From the NCBI GenBank assembly GCA_025594325.1, contig JANHCV010000002.1:744001-808000 (forward strand): a stretch of DNA of 64,000 bases. Reading direction: 5' to 3'. The stretch comes from Blastocladiella emersonii ATCC 22665 (Eukaryota > Fungi > Blastocladiomycota). Positions 44,238 through 55,863 of this stretch are shown piece after piece. The notes below the pieces were generated by a model. The model ran no database searches, was not told the origin of the DNA, and saw only the letters and a list, made by a program, of their open reading frames with translations. Position 1 is the first letter of the stretch; every line of letters begins with the position of its first letter. Both the position numbers and the translations under genes were made by a program.

Positions 44238-46193
44238 CTGGTACGGGTAGTGTGGCGCAGGCCGAGGATCAGGACGTCGAAGTTGAGCGCGACGACGACG
44301 GTGTGCGGCTACGTGGTCGGAGAGAGCGGACGTGGGCAGGGTCAGCAAGGGAGGTCCGGCAACGCGCGCTCGATTGGCGGGAGACGGACAAGGGTCGGGA
44401 GGAGGGGGAGGGCGGATGCGCGCGTCGATGGCCACGGTCGGGGGCGCGTGGACGCGTGTGTGGGGACGTGGCGCAGAGGAGGGAGACGCCAGCGGGAGGG
44501 GGAGAGAGGATGGTGGCGGCGACAGCGTCTCGCAGAAGGGGGCCGAACCGTCTCCCTCCGTGCGTGTGTGCGCGGCCAAAGGCGGGCTGGGCTGCGGCGA
44601 GGCGGCACGGTGCATGTGTGTGGCCGGGCGAGACATGCGGGCACGAGGCGCGCGCGGCAGCGGCAGCGGGACACGTCACCCAGCGTCGGCCCGCGTCCGC
44701 GTCCACGTCCACGGTGGCCACCGAGGCGGTTTGCCCGATGCACGCGAGCAGACACGGCGCGACGACAGCCAGCGCGTTCGATGGCGAGAGGACGCGTCGC
44801 AATCGAACGCCCGGGGGCCACAGCTGGCGGGCGGCCGCGGGTGGGTGGTGCCGGGTGCATGCGACGGGAAGCCGTGTGTGCTGGGTGACACGCGCTGCGT
44901 CACGCCGCATCCGGAGGCACGCGGAAGGGAGGGGCGGAATGCGGGTGGAGTCAGACGGGCGGCGACGAACCTCGCTTGTCCTCGCTTGTCAGCAGCTGAG
45001 GCCGAGGAGGGGAGAGAGAATCAACCGAGCGAGCGGGAGGAGAGCGCGCGGCGGGCGAGGCGAGGGCGCGATCGGGTGTCGCGAGGCTGGCAAACGGCGG
45101 CGAGAACGAGTGGGAGAGGGGAGCGACGGCGTTGGCGATGATGCGCCGCCCGCGGCACGCCGCCGTAAACGGGGGTCACTTTGAGTCACCGTGACGCGAG
45201 CCGCCAGCCCGCCTCGCCGGCTTGCGCGCGCAATTTGTTGTGTTGTTTCGCTTCTCCCGCGCCTCGGGTTCGGGTCGCGTGTCCTCTCCTGGCGCGTGCA
45301 ATTTGATCCGCCGAGCGCCAAGCCCTGGACCAGCGACTTCGCCGACCCCGGCCCGCCCACCTCTAGCGAGGCGCGGTCGCCCGCGGCGGGAGACATGGCC
45401 GCGGTCCGCCGGCGCGCGGCAGTCGGAGGACAAGGGGGCGCGACGGGGAGGCGCGAGACGCGTCGTGCTCCCGGCCGATCATGGCCGATCACGCCAGAGT
45501 GGAGTGAGGCGCAGCGCGCTCAGCCGAGAGGCTGCCCCGCCCGTGACGGCGGTCTGGACTGCGCGGTCCCCCACGCGCCCCGCCGCGGTGCTTTTCTTGG
45601 CCCGTCGCCTTCCTCCGCTCCTCCACGCCTCCCGCGCGCGTTTGTTTCGCACACCCACATCTCATCACATCACTGAGGCATTTCCCACCCCGTCCCGCAC
45701 CCGTACAGTAAAATTCAGTTGATTGCGCAACGCCCGACGCGCGTTGACGCATCCTGCCTCAACTCGCAGCCGATGAGTGATCGACCGATCACTTCCCTCT
45801 CCTCGCTGCCGCGGACAAGCCGACGTCACGCCGGCCACGTGTTTTCTCAACGCGTCTCCGTCGTGTCTCGCACCATGCTCCGGGCTCTTCTCCGTCGCCG
45901 CCGACCTACAGGGCCAACCAAACGCGTCTCGTGCACGAGCGCCCGCTTGCAGCGACGATGCTCCACTCGGCGCGATCGATTTCTCATGTTCACGACATTG
46001 ATGTTTACTGCGGCCAGTCCCCCTGCTGCGGCCGTGACGAACGAACACGGTGGCTCTCCATCGGCGCCGCCCCTGCTCAAGTCGAGCACGTCACCCTGGC
46101 TGAGCTCGCTTTCCGCGCACTTGCTCGACCTGGCGCACCCTCATCATGCAGCAGTCGAAGCAAACATCGCAGCTGGCCATCTGTGTTGCGCCC

Positions 46194-46283
46194 GCTCTCG
46201 TCGCGGCCGCTCTCGTCGCGGCTACTCTCGTCGCGGCCGCTCTCGTCGCGGCTACTCTCGTCGCGGCTACTCTCGTCGCGGCC
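46194..46283 (+). repeat. 15-bp minisatellite, six copies of RCTCTCGTCGCGGCY
   Basis: Six consecutive units start at 46194, 46209, 46224, 46239, 46254 and 46269. Confidence 0.95.
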
Positions 46284-46338
46284 ACAACGCGCTCGCTCTC
46301 TTCGCGGTGACAACTCGCTTGTCCTCATCGCGCATGCA

Positions 46339-46400
46339 ACGTGATCATGCTCCACGCGGTCCTGACGTGATCATCCTCATCAAGGCCACGACGTGATCAT
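46339..46400 (+). repeat. ACGTGATCAT x3 at an exact 26-bp period (degenerate minisatellite about 46313-46442)
   Basis: Copies at 46339, 46365 and 46391, separated by two different 16-bp spacers. Confidence 0.9.
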
Positions 46401-46588
46401 TCTGATCGTGTCCGCGACGCGCTCGCTTCGTCCCGCGCCAGTTGAACGTTTTCGTCACCTCCATCAGCAGCTCTTTGGCGGACAAGTTCCCTCCCTCGCA
46501 AGGGAGATGGCCTTGGGAAGCGCAAGCAGAAGCTACCTTGTATGAGAAGGAACATTAATATTTACATATGTCACCGTCACTCCACACA

Positions 46589-49250
46589 TCACTCGGGCGG
46601 CACCAGCCCCTGCGCGCGACACGCGGCGCGGTACACGTCGCGGTCGAGGTGGAAGACCTCGACGACGGCCCAGAACGCGTCCTCGTCGTAGTCGGCGCGG
46701 AGGCGGCCGGGGAGCCGGAGCACGTCCTGGAGACACTCCTCGAACGGCAGCCCGCCGAGCCGCGTCTCAAAGAACTTGAGCAGGGCGACGGCGACGCGGA
46801 ACAGGGCGAGGTCGCCCCACAGGAACCACAGGTCCCACACGCGGTGCGCGGTGTCGAGCGGCAGCGGTTTCGCGAACATGGAGAGCAGCCACTCGTACAG
46901 GTAGAACTCGGGCCGCACGCCGACCTCGTCGAGGTGCGCCTTGAGGTCCGGGCACGCGAGCCCGAGCAGGTACTCGAACACGCCGAAATACGCCTTGACC
47001 ATGGGCATGTCGAGCCGGTAGAAGGTCGCCAGCACGCCGTTGCGGTGCCGGAACATGTTGCACAGCGTCGCGAACGCCGTGTAGTCGTCCGTATTGAGCA
47101 GCAGCATCCCCGCGAGGTAGCTCATCCCCTGCACGTAACCCATGTCGGCGCGGTACACGGCAAACGCCTCGAGCACGTCCGACAGCGGGCCGGAGAGCGG
47201 GCCGCCGGGCGACTGGAACATGCCGATCTGCGGGAACGTGCGCGAGATGTCGACCGCGATCACCTCGAGCGTGTCCTCGCGGCCGACGAGGACCATGTCA
47301 GGCCCGCGGCGCGGCCGCGCGGCTGCCGGCGCCGTGGCGGGGCGGCGCGAGGGCGAGGGCGGCGACGAGCTCGGGCCAGGACTCCCGTCGCTACTGCTAC
47401 TGGCCGTCGACAGCGTCGAGGTGGACGACAGGAGCGAGTCATCGGCGAGATCGAACGCGGCAACCGGCGGCCCGGCGCCCGCGCCGACATCGGCGAGCGA
47501 CCGCTGCTCGCGGAGCTGCTTCTCCTCGAGCTCGATCATCTGCTGCTTGAGGCGTCGCGACGTGAGCGCGTCCTGGGCGCGCTGGCCGCACAGCGCGTAC
47601 ACGTCGGGCGTGATGTGCAGTGCATTCCCAATCGCGCGCGACCACACGATGCCGCGGAGGCGCGGCGGCACGCCCTTGAACCACGCGGCGGCCGTCTTGG
47701 GCTGGTACCGCACCGCGTCCCACTTCGGGAGCACGGTCGTGGTCCAGAACTGCAGCGCGGCAATCGCGTCGGCCTCGCGTTTCGCGCGCTGCTTGGCGGC
47801 ACGCGCGCCGCGCTCGGCGAGCCTTGCCTGCGCGAGCTGCATCATCTTGGCGTGCTGCGCGAGGTGCTTGCGGTCCTCCTTGGGGTCCTTGGGCGGGAGC
47901 GTCGGCGGGCGCGTGCGGGATAGGACCTGCTGCAGCGCCGGCGGTTTGGACGCCGAGGATGGACTGGCTTTCGGGTTGGTCGGGAACGGGGCCGAGGGGC
48001 CGCGCGAGCGGAACAGCCAGGCCTGGAGCCGCGAGTCGGCCTTGGTCGCGACGGGCGGGAGCGACGCGTCGTCGGGCGAGGCGGCAGCGGCGGCGCCGTG
48101 GACGCTGGTGCTGGTGCTGGGCCGCGGCGAGGGCGCAGCGGACGCGTTGTTGTCGGCGGCGGTGGGCGCGAGGGAGCGCGGCGCCGAGGGCGATGGAGAG
48201 CGTTTGGGCGGGACGGCGGGCGGCGGCGGTTGATGCTGCTGCGCAGTCGAGGTCGAGGTCGAGGTCGTGGGAGCAGGCGCAGCGGGATCAGCGAGGAGGG
48301 ATCGCCGGCGGCCTAATCGGGCAGGTATGAGGTGGTATGCGAGTGTAGGGAGGGTGTGCGAGGTGTGCGAGGTCAGCGTCTATCCCTAACGGGGTATCGA
48401 TGGCAGTGTGGGCAGGGCAGGGTGCAGGGACGCGGGGGGAGCCGTGCGCTTAAGTACGCCGGCGGACGCGGCGGTGGCGACCATGGCCGCGGACCAAGCG
48501 CAGCGCCGCCAAATGAAGTGCTGCCCATGGCGCCTCCGCTTCTGCTTCGGCCAAGCGAGCGCAGGCGTGGCGCAGCGCGCAGGCGACCCGTCAGGCGGCG
48601 GGGCTGGTGCGCGATGAAGCGCGGGCACGGGATGCACAATGCGCAAAGAGCTTCCAGAGCGTAGCGCGGAAGGGCACACGGCGAGTGGTTCGCCGACGCC
48701 GCCGTGGTCGCCGCGCGCTGCGGCTGCGGCCGGCCGACGGCCGTGACCATGCACGCGCCACCCAAGGCGCCAGCCACACTGTCTCCGCGCCCGTGCGAGA
48801 CACCAATGTGTTGACGGACGTACCCGCAGAAAACCCGGTCGCGAGTCCGTCCTCGGCCGCAGCAGCGGTCGGCTGCCGTTGCCTTGGCAGCGCATCGAGC
48901 GCGTCGCCGTCCACGCCCTCGGCCGGGACGTCGGCGCGGTCGTCGTCGAGCGCCAGCGTCGTGAACTGCCCGCCGAGCGAGTCCATGGCCACGTCGCCGT
49001 CACTGGACGAGGGCTGGAGCACGCCCACGTCCCACCCGGCACCGGCGCCCGTCACGGCACCGCGGCCAGCGACATGTGGCGAGAGCGGCGAGTGCGGCGA
49101 CGCAGGAAGGCCGCCGGGCGACGGCGCGTGGGCGGCGGTTGGAGGTAGCAGGCGGAGAGGCGTCGTTGTGGCAGCGGCGGACGTCGTGGGAAGGTCACGG
49201 CGGGCCTGCGCCGGTGGTGGCGTCGCCGCGGAGATGGCCGCGCTCGTCAT
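46589..49250 (-). CDS. TBC-domain Rab GTPase-activating protein (TBC1D12/14-like); 5' exon structure uncertain
   Basis: GVPPRLRGIVW, IAVDISRTFP and GYVQGMSYL motifs, preceded by PPTLPPKDPKEDRKH. The upstream low-complexity exons to about 49250 are inferred. Confidence 0.85.
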
Positions 49251-49658
49251 GGTCGGAGGCGAGCCTGCGCGGGCGACGGGGCGAGCGAGCGGTTGCAGGA
49301 GGTGGCGGTGAGATGCCAGCGCCGGTGCGATGTCGAGCGCGGCGATGCGGAGAGAGACGCTTCGTGGTCGACGACGCATGCCCGACTCGAGCTCATGAGC
49401 GGACCGTGCATCACAGCGGCGACCACAGCGACGGCGACGCCGCGGCGCTTACGCCACGCCGACCACGGCCGACCAATCATTTTCATGCCGGGCCCCAGAC
49501 CCAGGGTGGGGCCATCGCGATGGGCGAAATGGGCGTCTCTCCCCGCCCACGTGTTTTCGCAACGCGTCGCACCGGCACGCGTCTCCCCCTTCGCTGCCCT
49601 GCTTGAACCATCGGTTGACCTCCGCATCTCCTCGCTTCTCTACCAACCAACGCAAACC

Positions 49659-50599
49659 ATGGATCCACCCATCGACGACGGCCGCGCCGCGGAGCTCATG
49701 CAAGCGCTCGTGCGCCACGAGCTGCACAAGCGCGTCTTCCACGACCGCTATGCGGCCGCTGCGGCAGCGGGCGGCACGCCCAAGTGGTCGCCGCTGCACA
49801 TCCCCGACCCGACCACCGACGCAACGTCGTACCCGGTCCCCGCCGCCGTGACGGACCCGCTCGAGCTCCCGGACACGGACGAGCCCAAGCCGCGCGCGCG
49901 GTGCTGCCCGACCCTCGCTGCCTTGCTCGAGCCCGTCGAGTCGTACATTCAGCGCTTCTTTGAGCTGCTCGCGCTGCTCGGGCTCGTTGGCGTCGCCATC
50001 TTCTTCGCCTACATGGTATGCCACGCTTGGTTCTGCCCTCAGCGAGCTTGTACTGATCATGGCATCGGTAGACTCCGCGCATGACCATCTTCGCCGTCGG
50101 CCTCGTCTTCGTCGCGCTCGCCGCGGTGCCCATCTTCATCGACCTGTGCAAGTGGGCCGCCAAGTCGCGCGAGCTCGGCATCCCGCAGGGCGTCGACCCC
50201 GTCACCTTCGCCCCGCGCATCCTCGACGAGAGCTTTGTCGCTGCGACGGGAACAAGCACGTCGGCCGCCCCGCTCATGCTCGACTACGACGTCGACGTCG
50301 TGTCGCGGCCCGCGTCGCCTGAACCCGAGTCCGAGTTCGAGTACGACGAGGATGCGCCATCACCGCCCCCACGAGCCGGCTCGCGCGGTTCCTTCGTCAA
50401 GCTGGTCGTGCGCCGCGCGCCGCGCCTCGTACGGACCAAGCGCTTCTACTCCCCGTCGTCGCGCGCCCCAGGCTCGCCGCCGACTGCACTTGCGGCGGAC
50501 GAGGCGGGGTCCTACTCCACGCGGCCGCTGCGGGGCACCGCGCACCTGTCGCCGCAGTCGAGCGTGCCCGAGATGAACACGACGCCGTTCTTGATATGA
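49659..50599 (+). CDS. Small two-TM membrane protein of unknown function
   Basis: Intron 50016-50071 (GTATGC..GTAG, CTGAT branch point) joins two TM-encoding exons in frame. Confidence 0.65.
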
Positions 50600-50646
50600 A
50601 TGAAAGTATGAATCGATTGAATAAGTTAAGTTGCGACAACGCTCTG

Positions 50647-52216
50647 CTAGTACCGCCCGCCCGTCGCGGTCGATGCGCGGACGGTCCCCGTGCCCGTCGA
50701 CCTTGGTTCGACCGTGGTATCCCCGCCGTCCTTGGCCGCCGCCGTCGACCCGCCACCCGTGGGCGCGCCGGACCGCGTGAACGAGGCCTCGGCGACGGCG
50801 CGGTAGATGAGCCCCTTCATGGCGGCGCACAGGTCGCGGTGGTCGGCCAGGATCTCATTGAGCAGGCCGACCGTCTCGTCGATGCCCAGCACGTTCGAGT
50901 TGAACCGGTTGATGGTGTCGGCGAACCGCGCAAACTGCTCGGGCGGGATCGCCCCGCGGATCGTCCGGTACAGCTGGTGCGCATCGCGGTTCGTCGTGTT
51001 GCCGCCGCCCGTCGACGTCGTCGTGGTCGTGGTCGTCGTGTTGACGGCGGCCTGCTGATGCTGGTGCGAGGGTTTCGCGGATGACAACTCGGAGCGTGTC
51101 GCTGAAGGCGCCGTCTTCTCGCGCCGCCGCGACGCGGGTTTTTCGGAGGCGGCGGTCGGTGCGTCGTACACGTCCTCGTGGTGACTCGTCTTGGACCGGC
51201 GCGACCGCGACGCGTCCTGCCGCGGCTTCTGCTGTTTCTGCTGCTGCTGCTGCTGCTGCTGCTGTTCGGCTCGCGAAATGGCCGCGGCCGCGGCCGCAGC
51301 TGCAGCCGATGTCGGGACGTAAAAGGCAGTCGACGTCTGGTTCTCCGTTGCTGGATCGTCGGTGTGATGCTACACTCGCTCGTCAGGTGAGCGACCTGCG
51401 CGTTTCGAGCGTAAGGGCGACGCAGCGCACCTTGTCGACGTGCACCATCGACACACCGACCGACGGCGCCGGGTCAATCGACGTGTGCCCCTCGGCGAGC
51501 CCGCCGAGTGCCGCGAAGCTGGGCAGCGCCATCGACTCTTCCTCGGCCCGCTGCTGCTGCAGCTGCTGGTTCCCGAGCGCGCTGATCCCGCTCAGGATAC
51601 TCGACACGGACCCGCGCGACTCGCGGCGGCGCCCGTTACCCCCACCCGCCGCTCCCGCCGCCGTGGCCGGCGACATGGGCGAGATAGGTCCCGCGGCCTC
51701 GATAGCCGCGAGCGACGCGTCGCCGACCACGGCCGCGAGATCCGTCGCGCCCGGCGTCGACCCGAACATGTGGATCACGGTCCGCCGCAACCCGTCGAGC
51801 TGCGCCGCGTACTTTTTCAGCGCAACGTACTTTTGCGCTAGCGCCTGCTTCGACTCGCGCAGTGTGTGCGACTCGGCGGCCAGCGCGTCGCCACGCTGAC
51901 GCGACTCGGTCAGCGCGCGGCGGAGTTGCTCGTTCTCGCGCGACAGGGATTGCGCCTACACGCTGTGGAGGTGAGGGAGAGTTCTACGAGTGCGAAGGAG
52001 AAAACGCACCTCCTGGCGCCAGTGCGACACCTCGCCCTCGAGCTCGCGCACGTGCCCGTCGACGGCGTCGTGGATCATGTCGAGCCCCGCGCGGATCTGC
52101 GCGTCGTACGGCATGCTGGAAAAGGACTGGTTGTGCTGCTGCGAGTGGCCCGCGTCGGGCGAGGCAGCGTGGCCGTGGCCGTGCCCGTTGCTGTGCGGCG
52201 GCGGTGGAGGCGCCAT
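50647..52216 (-). CDS. Coiled-coil protein with a C-terminal helical domain resembling the At4g15545-like family
   Basis: Coiled coil ending KYVALKKYAAQLDGLRRTVIHM; C-terminal LYRTIRGAIPPEQFARFADTINRFN..IDETVGLLNEIL..DL..MKGLI; two short introns inferred. Confidence 0.6.
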
Positions 52217-52530
52217 AAGAGGTTTTCGTTGCGGTAGGTTTCGTGCTACTTGAGAGGGCGGCGATGCATACACCGTGAGCGAGCGGGAGAGAGAGAAGAC
52301 GGCGTGGGCGGGAACTTCAGGGGTCGGCGCGAAGAGGCGGCGACGCGTGGTCACGCCAGCCTCGCGTCGGCTCGCGACCAGCTCGCGACCAAGTCCTCCG
52401 CTCCGCTCTTCCATACGCTGCTTCTGCTCTCGCAGCCCGCGTCCTCGTAGAGTCACAAAGTAACCGGAAGATAAATATATAACAAGGGAAGAAACACTCC
52501 ATGGCGCCCTCGGCCGCCGCCCACGGACGC

Positions 52531-53430
52531 CTACAGCTCGCCGGCGGGCCCGCGCTGGAACTGCTGGCTGATCTGCTGCTGGACGGCGAGATGGCGCTTC
52601 TGGACGTGCTCGAGGATGAACCGGCGCTTGTCGGCGCACGTAGCCTGCATCGTCATCATTTCGCAGAGCTCGTCCACGTCAATGAGTCGATCGGCCAAGT
52701 ACGAGGACACTGCCGCCTTCCATTGCGCCGTGGCGGAAGAGTCGCTCGGCTTCGGAATCAGGTACTGGTAGAGCCGCTGGCGCTGCTTCTCGCGCAGGGC
52801 CTCGACGGGGCACGCCGGGTGCGCCTGGATCGGCGGGCCCAGGCAATCGTCGCCCTCGTCCTCGGCCGCGGCCGCGCCGGTCGTCGACGTGTCCATGGGC
52901 TGGTCGGGCGCGCGCATCGGCTCCTGGTTCGGCGGCGACACGGTCCGCTGCTGCTGCTGGTCGACATCGTCGCCCGCGCTCGACGTGGCAAACGTCAGGA
53001 ACGCGTCGGCGTTGAACGTCAGGTCCATGTTGACGTCGAGGTCGAGCCCCGCGCCGTTGCTGTCCGACGCCTCGGCCGCCATTCCCGACACGTCCACGTT
53101 CATGCCCATGTCGAACGCGCCGGGCGACGAGAAGGCGGGCCCCGCGGCGCCGAGCAGCGCGTTGATGTCCATGGGCAGGCCGCCGCCGAACCCCGTCGGC
53201 GGACTCGCGGTCGTCCCGCGCCCGACCGTGTCGGTGATGGGCCCGAGCGCGCCCGCCACGGCCGACGGCATGAGCAGCTGGCGCAGGAGCTGCGACTGCG
53301 CGTCGTCCGAGGACTGCGCCTGCACGCCGCCCATGTTCGGCGCGGCGGCGGTGGGCGGCAGGCCGAGCGACTGGGCCATGTCGAGGTACGACGCCATGGC
53401 CGTGTTGTCGAGGTACGAGAAGGGCGACGC

Positions 53431-53464
<34 letters not shown>

Positions 53465-54540
53465 GTGCTGCCGCCCATCATGCCCATGCCCATGCCGATG
53501 CCCATGGACTGGTTCGGGAACATGGCGGCCATGAAGGCGTCGTTCGGGTCAGTCGGCGCAGCGGACGCGGACACGCCGGTGGTGGTGGTGGCTGTTGGTG
53601 GGGTCGCGGCCGAGGCGGCCGACTGCGGCGGCGACGGTTGCAGGATCTGGTGCGGCAGCTTGAAGCCCGGCGACATGGACGCGGCGGGCGACAGGAGGCC
53701 GCCGAAGCTGTTGGACGCGGGCGCCTGCTGCTGCTGCTGCTGCTCGGCCGAGGAGCCAGCAGCGGCGGGCGTGCGGTTGGCGGGGTTCTGCGGCGGCAGG
53801 ACCGAGGGCGGCGGCGGCGAGGCCTGCAGCATGCCGAGGAGGCCCGTGCCGGGTGTGCCGCCAGTGCCGGCGAGCAGCGAGGTGGGCACGGCGGCGGCGC
53901 CGGGGCCCGACAGAAGCGACTGGGTCGGGTTGAAGGCCATGCCCTTGAGGTAGTAGTTCTCGGCCTCGAGCTTCTGGACGAGGGCGCGCAGCTGTGCATT
54001 CTCGAGCTGCAGCGTGGCCGCGTCCGACACCTTGGTCAGCTCCTCGAGCTCCTTGACCCGCGACTCGAGCTGCTTGATGTACTTTTCCTTGCGCTCGCGG
54101 AACGCGCGCTGCGCGGCGCGGTTCTGCGCCTTGCGCCGGTCCGAGGGCTCCGACGAGGCGGGCTTGCGGCCAGACTGGTGGTGCGGGGCGGGCGGGGACC
54201 ATCGGTCGGTTGTCAGGTTCGGTCCACCTCATGAGCGCCTGACTGGCTGGCAGCGAAGCGAGCGAGGGCGATGCACCCGTACCTTCTTCTTGCCCGACTC
54301 GGCGTCGCCCGATGCAGACGCTCGCGCGGCCGCCGCCCCGGACTCGGGGGCGGGCTGCGGCTGCTCCTCGGGCGTGGCGGTGCGGGCCGCGGAGCCCGAG
54401 GCGGCAGCGCCGGCGGTGCTGGACTGCGCGTAGCTGTCGGGCAGGCCCGGGGTCGACTCGGGCACGATGGCCGAGCCCCACGGCAGGAGCTCGGACGGGA
54501 AGATGTCCAGCAGCGTGGATGCGGCGGGCTGGCCGTCCAT
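52531..54540 (-). CDS. YAP1: Yap1/Pap1-type bZIP transcription factor
   Basis: Basic region RRKAQNRAAQRAFRERKEKYIKQLE; C-terminal DVDELCEMMTMQATC resembles the Yap1 c-CRD; intron 54175-54282. Confidence 0.8.
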
Positions 54541-54823
54541 GGTGGTGGTGGTTGGCGGTGGTGGTGGGTTGGCGCTGACGAAGCGGAACGGGGCGAACGG
54601 GACGGGATGAGGTGGCAGTCTACGATGCGGGTAGTCGCGACGCGGGCGATGCGGTGATGACGGAGCGGTCGGAGAGTCTGCGTTAACGACGGCGATGGTA
54701 TGGCTGTGCGAGGGGAGGCGCGGCGAGTCGAAGCTGACTGAGCAGGCACCACACGCGACGTCGGTCAGGCGCACCATCTCCTCTGCGACGAATCACGACC
54801 ATCCACATTGCCTGTATACTCAA

Positions 54824-55710
54824 ATGACATCGTATTTCGGTGAGCACGAGTGGATGAAACCGCGCGACGCGCCATGATGATGCGCGGGAGACTGACCGCC
54901 GCGCTCGCGCGTTCGTCTAGACGACCACGGCCTGTCCAGCGACGACGAGGGCCCCCTCCAGCCCGCGCCCGCGCGCGTCGCCGCCGTGCGCTCCATGCTC
55001 GAGGGCTTCACGACGAGCCCGCACGCTGCCCGCGACGCTGCCGAGGGTGGCGAAGGGTCCACGCCGGCCGCCGACGCCGACGCGCCGCCGCGCCCGGACC
55101 TGTCGGGCCTTCCCGAGCCCCTGCGCAACGCCATCGGCACCTTTGACGAGCTCCGGATCCACGCCCACTCGGCCGCGCAGTCGGAGCTGCTCGGGTCGCT
55201 CATCCAGGACCTGCTGACCGCCGTTGCCGGGTACGGCCGCCGCCCTCAGACGCGTCGCGAACGACCTTGCACTGACTTTTGTGGACGTGTAGCCCGAGCG
55301 GCCCGCCGCCCGCGAGCAAGGCCTTCATCGCGACGCTGCCGCGCGTCGACCCGATCCCGCCCGACTCGGTGTGCGCCATCTGCAACGAGGCCCTCGAGAC
55401 GGGCGACTCGGACGCGCGCCGCCTCCCCTGCGGCCACACGTACGACCGCGACTGCATCGTGCCGTGGCTCGAGCTGCGCAACACCTGCCCCATGTGCCGC
55501 CACGAGCTGCCGACGGACCGCCCCGCCGTGCCCAAGAACCCGCTCGGCGGCGTGTTCCCCGGGCTCGGGGTGGATAGTGAGGATGAGGAGGAGGACGGCG
55601 CTCGTGCACGGCGCGGGCAGTACTCGAGCTACGCGGGCCATCGTGACCGCGGCCACGGCGGCGCTGAGGATAGTGATGACGACGGGCGGTTTTTCGGAAT
55701 GTATTCGTAA
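54824..55710 (+). CDS. RING-H2 E3 ubiquitin ligase, RNF181-like
   Basis: Splicing (54840-54920, 55231-55292) gives MTSYFDDH..., PPPASKAFI and CAIC..LPCGHTYDRDCIVPWLELRNTCPMCRHELPTD. Confidence 0.85.
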
Positions 55711-55863
55711 GGAGGTCTGTTGATCCGAAGCTGGACCGACGCGTCGCTCAAGCGTGTGAACGTGCTCGCTTGCTCCCTCTCGCCCGCCCGCTCGCCGCTG
55801 CCGACCCCTTCTCCCCCGCTTCCGCCGTCCGAGTAAGTGCTTCATTGGACCCGCGCGAACATC

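Noticed and set aside
45719-46396. 225-aa ORF as a conventional gene
   Set aside because: It has no codon bias, domain or clear Kozak start, and is kept open partly by the minisatellite. It is mentioned only as a possible reading of the repeat.
46339-46400. CRISPR-like reading of the ACGTGATCAT array
   Set aside because: The 10-bp repeats and 16-bp spacers are far too short, there are only three copies, no cas genes are present and the host is eukaryotic. The spacers are partly similar to each other, as in a minisatellite.
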